NCBI GenBank assembly: GCA_951406725.2
Contig: OX597815.1
Coordinates: forward strand, 123,628,001-123,692,000
Origin: Octopus vulgaris
Taxonomy: Eukaryota
Length of the DNA stretch: 64,000 nucleotides
Reading direction: 5' to 3'
The notes under the pieces were generated by a model. The model was not told where the DNA came from. It saw only the letters and a list, made by a program, of their open reading frames with translations, and did not search any database. The translations under genes and the position numbers were made by a program. Positions 41,629-55,099 of the stretch are shown here, piece after piece. Within the stretch, counting starts at the first letter, position 1, and each line of letters opens with the position of its first letter.

Positions 41629-42847
41629 CAGGGTGCAATGGGTAAATTGTTGCCATTTTATATTTTTTAATTTCGTGCATGCACATTGTTTTTGATTTTA
41701 TCAACTACAGTATAGTTGGGTTAGTTGGGCATCATGACATAATGCTCTCTGCCAGAAATTTGGAAGTAACATGCTGTACTGCTTGGCATTCAATACAAAC
41801 ATTTCAGAGTGTTTGAGTGTTAACCTGAGGACAGTGCAGAGGATTTTGAAAGAGTTGGTGATTACAAAGGTATGGTAGCTTAGAAAACTCTAAGAAAAGA
41901 ACTCTGAAATTCGTTGGAGAGATCCAGGCCATAATTGACAACAATCTTTCGAAGTCAACCAGGTCCATGAGAGTGTCTGAGTTACTTATTAGGCAGGTAA
42001 TGCAGGATGACATTCGGTATTCCTCATACAAGATGAGAAAGGGCCAATTTTTATATGAAGCTATCAAGGACAAGAGGAAAGACTGTGCTATGAAGCTTTT
42101 GAACAAACTCAAGCATCCCCTCCAACTGAACATGCTTTGGTTTTTCTTAAACGAGAAAAATTTCTACCAGGATCAGATGGTGAACGCAGAACAGCTGTTG
42201 GCTTGCCATGTCCCCAAAACATGTACTGAGAATGATAAAAGTCAAACATCCAATCAACATCATGGTGTTTGGAATGATCACTAATGATGGCAACATTATG
42301 CCTCCATTCATCTTCCCACACGGCCACAGACTTTATACAGAGGCCTACATCAAGTGCCTGGAGGAGGTAGTGCTGCCCAGGGTCAACAAAGTGGCTGCTA
42401 GAAGACCCTATATCTGGCAACAGGACTCCACACTATGCCACACAAGTATGAAAACTGAGTCATGGTTGTCAGACAATGTTTTCGACCACATCACCCCTAA
42501 CAACTGGCCACCTAACTCCCCAGACTGCAACCCCTTTGATTATTATGTGTTGGGTGCAGTTGAGAGAGAGAGACCAACAAAACTCCTTGTAACACCAAAG
42601 ATGAACTGACGGCAAGGATTATGACAGCATCCACCAACTTAAGGAGACTGTCCAGAAGAGTTGCTGGAGATTCCGAAGTCGTCTGGAGGCTGTGGTTGAA
42701 GCCAATGGCGATTTTATTGAATAAATTTACTCTTTAGTATTTCAAGACATTTTTATGTAATTTTCGTAAATATATCTGTTAAAATGAGATGTCAGTGTTA
42801 TTTTCATTTTTGCGTAATTTAGATGACAATTTATTGACTGCACCCTG
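41629..42847 (+). mobile_element. Tc1/mariner superfamily element, DD37D (maT) family, decayed
   Basis: TIRs cagggtgcaatgggtaaattgt / acaatttattgactgcaccctg. Transposase remnant QQD-(37 aa)-D with WPPNSPDCNPFDY; frameshifted. Confidence 0.85.
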
Positions 42848-43078
42848 TGTATATATGTGTATGTAAGTATATATGTATGAGTGTGTATATATAGATATGA
42901 TATAGACAATATACGCTACATATTACATGTATATATGCATGTATTAGTATGCATATATATTGTGTATATGTATGTGTGTATGTAAATAATGTGAATGTGC
43001 ATGCATTTATACACACACACATGTATGTATATATATATAAATAAATAATGTGTATGTGCATGTTTGTGTGCGTGTGTA

Positions 43079-43109
<31 letters not shown>

Positions 43110-43111
<2 letters not shown>

Positions 43112-44426
43112 TAAGAAAATGGCAAAAAAAACAAGCTTAATTAGAAATCAATAATAATATACAATCCATTAAATGTGATTTATAGTTAGAAATACTGTGA
43201 CAAAAACAAAATATCTTTTAAATGAAATTCAACTCAAGGCAAAGGAATATATATTTACATGTAGAACCAGGTTTTATTACAGATGGAGAGAGAATGCAAC
43301 ATGCCAGTTGCAGTCTCACTCTAACAAATAAATAAAGATAATAAAAATATTTTAAATTATGTTATGTAATAACAATATTTAAAAAATAAAACCTTTTGGT
43401 AAATTTTAAAAATTGGATGCAAATACCAAAAGATATAAATAAATATACAAGGAAATTCTACAGAATGTAATATAGATATAATTTTATATGAGCAAGCATC
43501 AGTTTTGAATTACTAGGTCTGTTGAATGTGTAAATAAGTCAGAATATTTTACAACTATCACAACTATTGAGGAAATTGAAGCAAGATAAAGGGGGTAAAA
43601 GCAAGAAATAATAATTTTGTAAATAAAGCTTGAGATCTGTATAGATAATACAAACTATATTTGCTTCAAAATATTCTCAGCAAACCTGGAGTAAATAAGT
43701 TATATGCTTTACAGGATAATGAGGATAGCTGATTATTTCTTCTCTGTTAACAAACATCTTCTGCAGAAGATAAATCTAATATATTTAAAGACCTGTGTCA
43801 TATGTAGTATAAGAATACTACATCAAAGATAGGTCAATAGTGATAAAATCTTTCCAATTGCTCTTTTGGTATTGCTAACTTGTAAACATTAATAACACAA
43901 AAAAAAAAAAAAAAAAAGAACTTCCTTTCATTACTTAACATTTAACGATACTTTAAAATTTCAACAATGTTTTGATTTGCTTAAATGGAAGAAATTCACA
44001 GAATCAACCAACAACATACTTTAAATACATTAAGTAGAGCTTCAAGAGCAAAATTATGTTGCAGCTGAGTTTTAGGTAAGAGGGTGGAAGCCACTTTTCT
44101 TTGAAGTGCAGGAAGATTAATTTGGCTTGAAATGGCAACAGGATGTAAAGCCTCCTTGAAAATATATTATAAACACTCTCAAAAGAGAAATATTAGTAAA
44201 TATAATATTCATATATAAATAAATTTAAAAGTAAAGACTATTGATCACAAATGCTGGATTTTAAAAGAGAAAAAGAAAGAAAAATAAGTTACATTTAAGC
44301 CAAAATAAAGGGTTTGAGATTTAGTTAAAATTACTTGGTTATAAATGATGGGAAAATAAAAATAACCATATCATCAATACATAACATAAATTTGAAAAGA
44401 AACCAGATGCCTGCTGCAGTGAATAG
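43110..44426 (-). other. Probable KIF3A 3' UTR
   Basis: AT-rich stretch with no recognisable repeats, directly downstream of the stop. Minus-strand AATAAA (plus-strand tttatt) at about 43273-43278. The true end is unknown. Confidence 0.45.
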
Positions 44427-46667
44427 TCATTGCAAGAAGCTCTCTAGTTCAGAATCTCGTTTCTTCTTTTTGGAGGATTTTGGCCGGGATAATACCTTCG
44501 GGTGATGCAAAGACTTCATCATCTTGCAGGTTTTAGACCTAAGTGCTTGAGCTGCACCTTCTGGAGTGTATGCTAGAAAAACACCTGTAAGATCAACATC
44601 TACACAGGTTTCTTTGTGCTTTTCAAGCATAGGAGTATGTTTACGCATGTTATTACCAGTGTAGGCAACACATTTCAATTGCCATTCACCTATGTCATCA
44701 TTCCAATGTACATAATGTTCTATCACATTTTGAAACTCTGGAGGGATAAAGTTGTCAATGACAAGCATCTGTAACTTCAGTTCACGAGTTAGTTGTCTTA
44801 TATTCTCTAAAAGGCCTTCCATTTCTCTCTGATGTTCTTGTTGAAGATCAGCCATCTCAGATTTAGCTTGCATTAACATTGTCCAACACTTTTTCAACTT
44901 TTTTGTTTTTCCTACAATTTCATCTTGTAAAGAAGAATATTTTTCTTCAATATCAATTCTTTCCTGTTCTTTCTCTTCAAGAGCTCTTCGTAATTCTTCT
45001 TCTCTTTTTTTACGTTCTTCTAACTCAATAGCACTCTCTCCAAGAAGGCGTTCTTGTTCTTCGGCTTTCTCTAAAAGATTTTCGCCACCAACTATTATCT
45101 TTTTTTCAATTGCTGACAATTTTTGCTGAAGTTGATCTTGTTCTTCTTGATAACGCTTTAACTCATTTTCTTTTTCATCCAAACTTTCCTTCATTTGGTT
45201 ACGTTCTTCTTCAGCCATGTCTTTCTTCTCTTCTAAGAATTTTCGATCATTTTCAATTTTAGTGAGGATTTCAGTCATTTTTTCTTTAGATATCTTACGG
45301 CATTTTTTTTCTTTCCATTTCTTTTTACTATTCTCCATAAATTCCATACTTTGTTCATTATCCATTTCTTCATCTGGGCTAGTATCTGCATCTGATATAT
45401 TATCTTCAAGTTGTTTCTTCAGTTCCTCAATTTCCTTTTGGAATTGTCTTAAAAGTGCATCTTTAGGATCTTCATTAATTTTAGCTTTGTTTTTAATATT
45501 CTTAGCACGGTTAGCATACCTTAAAGTACTGATTGTCTCATCATAATTATAGTCAGCAGGCCCAATATTAGCAATCATTATAGTTTTCGAGTTACCTCCT
45601 AAGGAATCTTGTAATAGTCGAGTAAGTTTTGAATTTCTATATGGAATATGACTACTTTTCCCATCAACTAATGCAGAAATGACATTACCAAGTGTAGATA
45701 AAGAAAGGTTAATTTTAGACGCTTCTTTTAATCTCATTCCAGTGGCACCTGTCTTGGCTTGTCTTTCAGAACCGGCAAGATCTACAAGATGTAGCTTCCC
45801 CATTCGGACATGCTGTTTTCCATCAATTCCTTTCACACTGCATTCTACAGTAACAGTGAAAATAGCATGGGACCTAGAGCTATGGGCATTCATATTGGTA
45901 GCACCAACCGCGCGATTTTTATTACCGAGAGTCATTATTCTATCCATATCATCAGCATTATTCACCACAAATGCAGACAAATCCTTAACATAGACACCAA
46001 CATCGGGCCGTTCTTTGACTTCTAATCGCATGTTTTGATCTTTTGCAAGCAAATCTCGAACTTCTTCATTATATATTTCCATGTAAGAGACACGAACTAA
46101 AAAGCAATTATCTTCACCAGCTTTTGCTATAGCTCCAAAGATATGAGCAAATGAATTAGGAATAATACCACGAACCTCAAGCGTTGTCCGTAAGCCTTCC
46201 ATAGTGAATGTTTTACCTGTGCCTGTCTGTCCGTAGGCAAAAATGGTGCCATTGTAACCTTCTAAAACACAATCAACAATGGGTCGAGCGACTTCATTAT
46301 AGACATCAACTTGTTTACACCCAGGTCCAAAAACTGTGTCGAAAGTAAACATTTTTATGGGTTCCTCTTGGCTTGCCGAGGGGTTTTCCACTGACACTGT
46401 ACCCCGCAGGACATCGACAGTCACTAGATTACGACATGAAATCGACAGTTCTTTCTCATTGAGCGGACGACAACGAACGGCCACTCGCACATTATCAGAG
46501 TCTTTGCTGTTGTTGCTACTGCTGCTACGCGAAGTAGAACTATGATTACTTGTAGTAGCCGAGGCAGAGCTGTTGCTGGTTATTATAGGACTGGAATTGG
46601 TTGTACAACTTGTGTTGTTACTGAAGAGACTTTGGTATGAACTGCTGGTATTCTTGTTTTCAGGCAT
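44427..46667 (-). CDS. KIF3A: Kinesin-2 motor subunit, KIF3A/KRP85-like, single coding exon (746 aa)
   Basis: Uninterrupted ORF with kinesin motifs ([10 protein letters not shown]-loop GQTGTGKT, switch I NAHSSRSH, switch [27 protein letters not shown]), a coiled-coil stalk and the KIF3A-type tail [13 protein letters not shown]. The ORF track start at 46688 is TTG. The first ATG, at 46667, gives MPENK, which matches vertebrate KIF3A MPINK. Confidence 0.95.
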   Translation of the reverse strand: MPENKNTSSSYQSLFSNNTSCTTNSSPIITSNSSASATTSNHSSTSRSSSSNNSKDSDNVRVAVRCRPLNEKELSISCRNLVTVDVLRGTVSVENPSASQEEPIKMFTFDTVFGPGCKQVDVYNEVARPIVDCVLEGYNGTIFAYGQTGTGKTFTMEGLRTTLEVRGIIPNSFAHIFGAIAKAGEDNCFLVRVSYMEIYNEEVRDLLAKDQNMRLEVKERPDVGVYVKDLSAFVVNNADDMDRIMTLGNKNRAVGATNMNAHSSRSHAIFTVTVECSVKGIDGKQHVRMGKLHLVDLAGSERQAKTGATGMRLKEASKINLSLSTLGNVISALVDGKSSHIPYRNSKLTRLLQDSLGGNSKTIMIANIGPADYNYDETISTLRYANRAKNIKNKAKINEDPKDALLRQFQKEIEELKKQLEDNISDADTSPDEEMDNEQSMEFMENSKKKWKEKKCRKISKEKMTEILTKIENDRKFLEEKKDMAEEERNQMKESLDEKENELKRYQEEQDQLQQKLSAIEKKIIVGGENLLEKAEEQERLLGESAIELEERKKREEELRRALEEKEQERIDIEEKYSSLQDEIVGKTKKLKKCWTMLMQAKSEMADLQQEHQREMEGLLENIRQLTRELKLQMLVIDNFIPPEFQNVIEHYVHWNDDIGEWQLKCVAYTGNNMRKHTPMLEKHKETCVDVDLTGVFLAYTPEGAAQALRSKTCKMMKSLHHPKVLSRPKSSKKKKRDSELESFLQ

Positions 46668-46699
46668 TTTCTTTGTTGTTTCTTTCAATACTAAATAAA

Positions 46700-47100
46700 C
46701 CTGTAAGTAACGAAAGACGGTCGCTATTTATGTTTCACAGTAAAATATGTAGGTGTTGATAAAAATCAACACGATGAATTGAGCAGATTAAAAACGAAGC
46801 AGTACAAGCTGCTGATGCTTCTGGTACTCCAACTGAAGTGCAGTCAGTGTAAAATTTAGAAATATCGGCGGTACCGTATAAAATGACTGCTCGGATACCA
46901 TCTTTTGTACGGCGTAAGTAGCCCTTCCTCTGCTATTATGCAGTGTCACTAAATGTCAGATAAGCTGGCGCGTCCTGACGTCACAATCATGTGGCTTTAC
47001 TTTCCTGTCTGCTACTATTTACAGCTCTTGACTACAATCTACCTTCAAACACTAGAACACGTATATCTAAGGAAAGATAAATCGTAATATTCACTTCACT
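46700..47100. promoter_or_regulatory. CpG-retaining promoter region upstream of KIF3A with a CRE palindrome
   Basis: Locally high CpG content continues into the 5' part of the CDS. TGACGTCA at 46976-46983. Possible 5'UTR acceptor (ttacttacag|G) at 46701/46700 on the minus strand. Confidence 0.5.
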
Positions 47101-50100
47101 AATATTTTCTTGATAAATCTAATCTCGTGTATTTTTCAAATATAAGAGTAACTGTTTAAATTATAATACTTTCGACGAATATAAGTAGTATAAAAAATAA
47201 AAATTACTAAAGTGATATCTATGTCAGCTTTGCTAGACTTCATAATATAACTAAATACATCAGTGATATGAATGGTGATTCGAATGAAATGGTGAGGGGT
47301 AGGGATCTTGATGGAACTTATTCTTTTAAAAATGTTAAAACTAGGGAGATTAGAATAAAGACATTTAATTAGAATATTAGTGAAGTGAGAGAAAAAATTC
47401 TTTTTTTTATTATTTATAAACGTTCCTAATATCCCTAACAGAGATCATTGGAAACTACTTTTTATTTTTGTAAGATTAAAAAAAAGAATTAATATTTTGA
47501 ATTTAGTTACTTGCTTTTATGTCAAGATTCAAAAATTGTCAGCAATTAATTTTTGTCATTAGACCCCAGCGCTTCATTACTTTATGTCAAAGGCACTTCC
47601 CAGCAGTGTAAACCACTAACTGTAAGCAGGCTAATGAATACTTGTTACAGATCCAAACCAGTTGTGAAATGTAGACTCCATTTCAAACTACATATCACAT
47701 ATTTTTAGTAATCAATCCTAATTACAATTCATGTATTAGGAGCTGTTATATTCTTAAACATATAATGTACAGGATGTATTTAACAATCAACAGTGAACAA
47801 TTTGTTAGAAAGGTAATTCTTTGCCACAGGGTATTGCTTTGTTTCTAACTGGTAGTAGAAAGTTCCTTCAAAATTGTAGGCCCATGCCAATGTCACCAGG
47901 TGTGGTTACCAATGTCACAATGTCATATAATGAAAGATGTGAGAAGCTGGTGGTTGAGTTGAGGTCTGGCTGCATATAATGAATGCACAACACTCGAACA
48001 GTTAACAGAATTTTATTTGTTGTACAAAATGTTCTCCGTGTTGGTCGTGAATTAAAAATATAATAAGTTACACACTGTAGTTATTACATATAGTTAGTTA
48101 AGTAGGCTCTGTAAATAAGCTGTTACAACATGAGAACATACTATGCTGGGGTCATGACTGCAAAACTGAAGTTGCTGTCTACTTGGTTGAATAAAGAGTT
48201 GTTAGAATGAGTGTTAAATTCAGCAAAATAATGTGGTTTGCATGGTGGCAATTGTCTACAGATGAAAATTTGATACCCAAATCATGCATATTTAAGTTAC
48301 TTAAGCCTTGAAAGGGGATGTTCTAGAAAATTCTAGAAAGATGTATCACGTAAAGTAGTAATGTTGATCGGTCAATTATTCAGCCAATCACATAAAATAG
48401 CTTTGTAAAGCTGTGATTTTAACTTGGCAATTTGTTGATTTGGTTTTGAAACTACCACACCAGCTTGTCCACTTCAAAACCCGACCTCTACATAAGCTTA
48501 GCTGTTAGCAGGTACCAAATAAAATCATATTTTAAATCAGTTCAGCAGCCTAACAAAAATGTTTTAACCTAGAACAGGAGATATTCCTTTGTTACTTAAT
48601 GCTGGGATTGTTTCCCCGACAGTATTCAACCATACCTTCAATATCACACAAAACGTTTATGAGAAAGAAGTATTTTGCACTCTGTAAAATGGTTGGTATT
48701 AGGAAGGGCATCCAGCTGTAAAAATCATGCTAAAGCATACCAGCTTTGGTCAAACTATCCAACCCATACAAGCATAGAAGACGGATATTAAATGATGACG
48801 AAGATAATGATGAGGATGATATATAATATATATGTGTGTGAGGTTCTTGAGAAGGCTCACCCACATCAGCGAAACTGAGTTCTAGAAGTGCTGTGTATTG
48901 CACCCACACATAACAAGAAAACTTCTCACACATTCTACTACAACAAGCCTAACTACATCTCTTCTCTTCCTCACATTTCCACTTCGTGCACTATGCTTAC
49001 TTCCCACACACCAATCTTGTCCTCTTGGGCCTGACTCACTGTATCATTGCTATCCATCAGCCCCCAACCTGTGTGTTTCACCCACATGTAACAAAAAAGC
49101 TTTTCATATACACTACCCCAACAAACCAATCTACATCTCTTCTCTTCTTCACATTTTCTCCTTCATGCACTATGCTTGCCTCTCACTCCCCAATCCTGTT
49201 CTCATGGCCATGGTTTTCTATATCTGTATTTTTGTTATCTGGTAGCCACCCCCTCTATATACCTAGGTTTTCATTACTCATTTCCCCTCCTCACTCTCTA
49301 ATCACTCTTCTTTGGCAATATCCTATCACTTATATTATGACCTTCGAACCTCCCCATTTATATTCTGATCCCTGTCTTTTATGAGTATGCCCAGCACTTT
49401 GCCACCATTACAATCCTGCTGTCTTCCACTCTCTCTCCCCTTCTCTTGCACATCCATCAGGTTGGGTAACCATGTATCTCCTTTGTGGCAGCACACCTGT
49501 TTTTGTCTCTCTGTTTCACTATAACCTTTCATCATCTGACACAAGATCACCTCCCCCAATTTTGTCTTGCAAGTTACTTGGTGACCCTGTCAGTGCAGGT
49601 GCCACTTAAAAAGCATCCAGTCCACATTGTAAAGTATTTGGAAGGGCATCCAGCTATAAAAACCTTGCTTGTGCTTGTGCCATTTAAAAAGCACTCTCTG
49701 TTGAGTGGTTGGTGTTAGCAAGGGCATCCAGCTGTAAACATCTTGTCAAAACAGTCACAGAAGTCTGGTGCAGGCTTCTGCCTGGCCAGCTCCTGTAAGA
49801 CCATCCCACCCATTTATCTGTTTTTCTATTTTTTATTTGTTTCAGACAGTGTACTATGACCATGCTGAGGCATTATCTTGAAGGGTTTAGTCAAACACAT
49901 TGATCCCAGTACTTCTTTCTCTAAAATCTGGTACTTATTCTAATTCCATTTGTCTCTTTATCAAAATGCTAGGTTATTGAGATGCAAACAAACTAACGCT
50001 GGTTGTTAAGCAACCTTGGTAATGAACAAACACAAGTGCACGCACACACACACAGATATAGATACAGATAATTAGACAAATAGATAGATAGTTAGTTAGA

Positions 50101-50267
50101 CACAGACAGAGCAACAGACAGACAAGTATTGTATGTTGTCAAATAGTATATCTTTGGTTATAACATATAAGCAGTCAGAAAGTTACTGTTGGTTTCATGT
50201 CTACTGTTGCACATGGCTACATAAGTGACTCACCATACCTGTTGGCCTCTGTGAGGCTATATATATG

Positions 50268-50574
50268 TTGTTGTTGGTTCCTTCTCAAGTCATGCCTGAC
50301 TCATAAGGGTCAGTTTCCTGGTTTCATTGGTGTATAGGTTCCCTACCTGGATGGGACACCTGTCCATCGTGGGTGAGCTGCTAGATGCAGGAGGAAAGGG
50401 TGAGAGAAAGTTGTGGTGAAGCAGGCAACAGAAGTTTGCCATTATCATCTGCTGGAGCCACATGTAGCTTAGGTGTTTCACTCATAAACACACACATCAC
50501 CCGGTCTAAGATTCGAACCCATGATCCCTCGACTGCGAGTCTGCTGCTCTAACAACTAGGCCATGTGCCTCCAC
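50268..50574 (-). mobile_element. tRNA-derived SINE family D (tRNA-Arg-like head)
   Basis: Minus strand ggaggcacatggcctagttgttagagc...gactcgc...gggttcgaatc, followed by a body and a (CAA)n tail. Confidence 0.75.
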
Positions 50575-50729
50575 TATATATATGTATGTATGTGTGTGCA
50601 TATATATATGCACACGCACCTACACATACATATACATACATATATATATCTTTCTATCTATCTATCTATCTATATATAAACATACACACATCATATAGGT
50701 ATGTGTGTGTGTGTTTGTAATGTATGAAT

Positions 50730-50760
<31 letters not shown>

Positions 50761-51012
50761 ATAAAATCGAGTTATTTTAATGATAAGGACACCAATATAG
50801 AGTTAAGAACAGTATACCCATGTATGAAGAGTGTGTATGGACGCTCATGTACTTACTGAATTATATGCAGATTTGTTTTTCCAGTTGTGCATACATCCAC
50901 ATTTCAAATCAAATATACTCAATGTATACGTAAAATCACACAAGGGCATACTCTGACATGCAACCCTTGTGGACTGCAGACTAGTCACCATATTCCCTTC
51001 CATATCAGCTAA

Positions 51013-51091
51013 CTCTGATGAGTGTAAAGTCATATAATTGGTTTGTTACCAAACGCTCCATTGTATTCTTTATGCAAAACTGACTGGTAAG
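51013..51091 (+). ncRNA. Decayed hammerhead motif within a Penelope-like fragment (about 50760-51135)
   Basis: CTGATGA-GTGTAAAG...CTTTATGC-AAAAC-TGACTG-GTA. Reverting CpG transitions restores GCGTAAAG/CTTTACGC and GAAAC. Flanked by (TA)n. Confidence 0.5.
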
Positions 51092-51749
51092 ATCATCCAT
51101 GATGAATAGTCAATACTATACATTTCGGATAATATATATGTATTTATATACACACACAGATAAGTATGTGTATGTGTGTTGTGTGTGAGGATGCAGTATG
51201 TGCGATAGTTTAGAAGTTCCCTTTGCAATCATGAGACCATGTATTCAATTTCACAGCATGGTATTTTGAATAAATGTAATTTTCTATGACTTCTGGTCGA
51301 TCAATACCCAATGAATGAAATTGAGTTGACAGAAACAGTATAGAAGGCAGCGAGCTGGCAGAAACATTATCATGCCAGACAAAATGCTTAGCGGTATTTC
51401 GTCTGCTGTTACGTTCTGAGTTCAAATTCTGCTGAGGTTGACTTTGCCTTTCATCCTTTCGGTGTCGATAAATTAAGTACCAGTTACATACTGGGGTCCA
51501 TGTAATCGACTTAATCCCTTTATTTGTCCCCTCTGTGTTTAACCCCTTGTAAGCAATAAAGAAATATGAAACAGTATAGAGGCCTGTGGAATACTCAGCC
51601 ACTTGCATTCAATAAACCTGGTGGACCAGTTGATTGAACAATTGAATGTTCATAGGTGGAAATTCTGAGATCTACTTTTTAATTTGCTTTATCTCTCATT
51701 GTGTGCATATGTTTGCATTTAAGGTGCAGGTAGAAACCCCTTAAGATGT

Positions 51750-51925
51750 ACCTGGTGCAAGCTATGGACACATAAGAGGTGTAGCAATATCGGAGGAGGG
51801 TTAACAGGGAAAATAGTCTTTGTGTGTGGCAGGTGCACAGGTACAATAAACATTACAAATGTTCAGAAAATAGACTCCATCAAATGCCACTGGGGATACA
51901 CAGAAGTAGTTGATAACTTCCTTTA
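51750..51925 (+). mobile_element. Isolated RTE fragment covering the PHD-like finger
   Basis: Translates CKLWTHKRCSNIGGGLTGKIVFVCGRCTGTIN...VVDNFLYL. Confidence 0.75.
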
Positions 51926-52046
51926 TCTCTCTCTCTCTCTCTCTATAAATATATATATATATATATTTACATATATATATATATATATGTGTGTGTGTGT
52001 ATGTCTATATATATATATATATATGTATACACACATACACACAAAC

Positions 52047-52453
52047 ACAGGAGTGGCTGTGTGGTAAGTAGCTTGCTTACCAACCACATGGTTCTGGGTT
52101 CAGTCCTATTGCATGACACCTTGGGCAAGTGTCTTCTACTACAGCTTCAGGCCGAGCAAGGCCTTGTGAGTGGATTTTGTAGACGGAAACTGAAACAAGC
52201 CCGTCATATGTATGTATATGTATATATATGTGTGTGTGTTTGTATGTCTGTATTTGCCCCCCACCCCCAAGATCACTTGACAACCGATGCTGGTGTGTTT
52301 ACATCCCTGTAACTTAGTGGTTTGGCAAAAGATACTGATAGAATAAGTACTAGGCTTACAAAGACCAAGTCCTGGGGTCGATTTGCTCGACTAAAAGCAG
52401 TGCTCTAACATGGCCGCAGTCAAATGACTGAAACAAGTAAAAGAGTAAAAGAG
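52047..52453 (+). mobile_element. tRNA-derived SINE family B with an internal (TA/TG)n microsatellite (others at 2325-2730, 6027-6412, 13345-13498, 36665-37122, 52477-52860 and partial copies)
   Basis: A box tggctgtgtggtaag, B box gggttcagtcc, CORE-like accttgggcaagtgtctt, internal microsatellite, tail gactgaaacaagtaaaagagtaaaagag. Confidence 0.85.
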
Positions 52454-53719
52454 TATGTAAATATACATACATATATGTGGCTATGTGGCAAGTAGCTTGT
52501 TTACCAACCACATGGTCCTGAGTTCAGTCCCACTGTGTGGCACCTTGGGCAAGTGTCTTCTACTATAGCCTCGGTCTGACCAAATCCTTGTGAATGGATT
52601 TGGCAGAGGGAAACTGAAAGAATCCCGTCGTATATATATATATATATATGTTTGTGTGTCTGTGTTTGTACCCTCACTATCACTTGCCAACCGATGTTGG
52701 TATGTTTATGTCCCAGTAACTTAACGGTTTGACAAAAGACTCCGAAAGAATAAGTATTAGGCTTGCATAGAATAAGTCCTGGGGTTGATTTGTTCAACTG
52801 AAGGCGGTGCTCTAGCATGGCCGCAGTCAAATGATTGAAACAAATAAGAGAATAAAAGAAAAAAATGAATATATAATTATATACATATGCATATATATTT
52901 ATATAGTATATATACCAATATGTATACATAACTATATCTATCTATCTATCTGTCTGTCAGTCTAGCTATCTATGTATATATCTTATATGTACACATACAC
53001 ACAGGGACACACACATGCATGTGGGTGCGCATGCACACATAATTATTCTCATTATCAATGCTTTATGTTATTTAAATTTTTGGAAGTATCATGTTGATAA
53101 AATCTCTAAATGGTTAATTCATAAAGAGTTATGTTTTTTTCTGAACTGAGAAAAATATTTCTCTATATTTACTAAGTGATTTGTTTATTAACACTTTCAC
53201 AAATTGGGCAAAACGACACTTTATACTTTGATACTTTGATAGGTTTCGGCCATTATTGGCCCAGGCCATGTCTAACTTAATAGCACCACCTGAAGAAATT
53301 AAAAGAAAAAAAAAAATGAAGAAACATGCCCTCAGTTGTCTCCCATGTTTGCTAGAAAAATATCGATATTAGTCATCAACTATTTTAATGCTTTCTTGCT
53401 GCATATTTTACCCAACTTTGGGTTTATAATTTGTCATCCATTAAATATACTCATATTACATATATACTGCAGTGTTATTGCTCAGTCCAAGATCAGACCT
53501 GATTAAGCAAATTGTTGATCAAAAATCTTCCAACCATAAATATCATATCTTTTTCCTATCACAATGCATCCAGGATTTAAATTTTTTTAAGGCTGTCACA
53601 AAATCTCTTTCATTAGCTATTGTTTATTCTGCAGATGGTATTTCAGAATCCTGAAAGTTTTGAACTGTTTAATATTTCTAAAATTGTCAAACATCTAATA
53701 AATGTCTTGTCAATTTATA

Positions 53720-53970
53720 AAGTTTTGGTGTCTAGCAGCTGGCTTCATAGAAGCCCACAAGGTTATTCACCATCTTTCTAACAACTTTAGCTACCTTTTT
53801 GAATTCAATACCTTTGCCACTTGTGGACACACTTATAAAATCAAAAACAGTGCAATATCCATGACTTTCAGAAACATTTCTTCATGCTCAGGATTGTCAA
53901 AGCATGGAATAAACTAACTGAATCAGTTGTTAGCTGTCAGGACACTGCATTCTTCAAAAATTACTTGATT
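53720..53970 (+). mobile_element. CR1-like LINE 3' fragment
   Basis: TCGHTYKIK...HDFQKHFFMLRIVKAWNKLTESVVSCQDTAFFK; homologous to 1712-1935. Confidence 0.7.
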
Positions 53971-55099
53971 CCCACAATTTTCCCCCCAAAATACCCCTCA
54001 TATGCCTTTGTACCCTTTCCTCTTTATAACTGTTATTGTTCACTTTTTTTGTACCTTGTATTTTATTCTATGTACTGGGAAAGTACTTCTAGCTTTCAAT
54101 ATTACTAGTCATTACTTGAATCCTATGTTTGCTTTCCGTCCTCTCTTTTTAACCTTTTCTAACAAGTTTTAATGTACTGAGCCCTGTATACAATAAGCTC
54201 ATTATTATTAATATTATTATTATTAGCTCTGTCAATAACAATAGAAACTTGTTAAATGTGAGGATTTTAAAATTTGTCCAAGATTCTAGTTTCTTTTGCA
54301 GTTCTTGTCTCATGAGCATAGAGAAACTCTGACATGAATCCAGTCTTAGTGATGATTTTGTAGAGTGTACCAAGTGAATTTTGTTGTATGTAACACCAAC
54401 ATTAAAAAAGTTATTTTGTCTCCTGGAAGACTTAAGTATCATCTCTACTCCAAATAACACCCATTTTTTGTCAATGTGAAGATGACTGGGGGAGTAATGG
54501 TCACGAGAGAGCAAAAGGAGAGAGTATGAGATTGAATGTGATGGGAAAAATACAGTGATAGGATGGTAGGAGAGGGAGAGAGAGACAATGATAGCTATGT
54601 GCTGATTATTGGTTACTGGTACAAGGTTGAACAGAAAATAGCATGAGCATCTTGAAATAAAAAAGTGTGTCATGGTGTAAGAGAGTGAGTGATGGCTAGC
54701 AACAAAGATAGGCATTGGTAAGAATGATGTTAACTATGAGCCACATGGAGAGGGAATGATATTTAAGTGGTAGATGGTAACTGTAGGGTCTACTGAATAT
54801 AGATTGAGCCAGTACTATTCCTCATTACACATATGTCATAGTGGAAGAGAGGTAGAATGATAGACAAGTGAGGGTGGGAGAGAGGTAGAGTGATATTTAT
54901 GATGAGTAATGACTGAGGGAATTAATACAGACAGATTAAAGCTCCCCATCACCTTTGTAATTCAGGTGACATGGTACGGTGAATATAATAGAGAGAGTAT
55001 TAGCTGGAGACATCCCATCCTACATTGCCACTACCATTATTTTAATGATCATTTTGGTATTCTGGTACCAGAATGTGAGTCTTCTTCAGCTCTACATGT

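Noticed and set aside
45217-46545. Plus-strand ORFs overlapping KIF3A (and 21357-22769 over the RTE)
   Set aside because: Antisense shadows of real coding frames, with no independent evidence.
46668-46688. ORF-track start MKETTKK for KIF3A
   Set aside because: The codon is TTG. The downstream ATG (MPENK) matches the conserved N-terminus.
50500-50574. tRNA-like sequences with A/B boxes here and in other SINE heads
   Set aside because: They continue into SINE bodies and lack a complete cloverleaf, so they are not tRNA genes.
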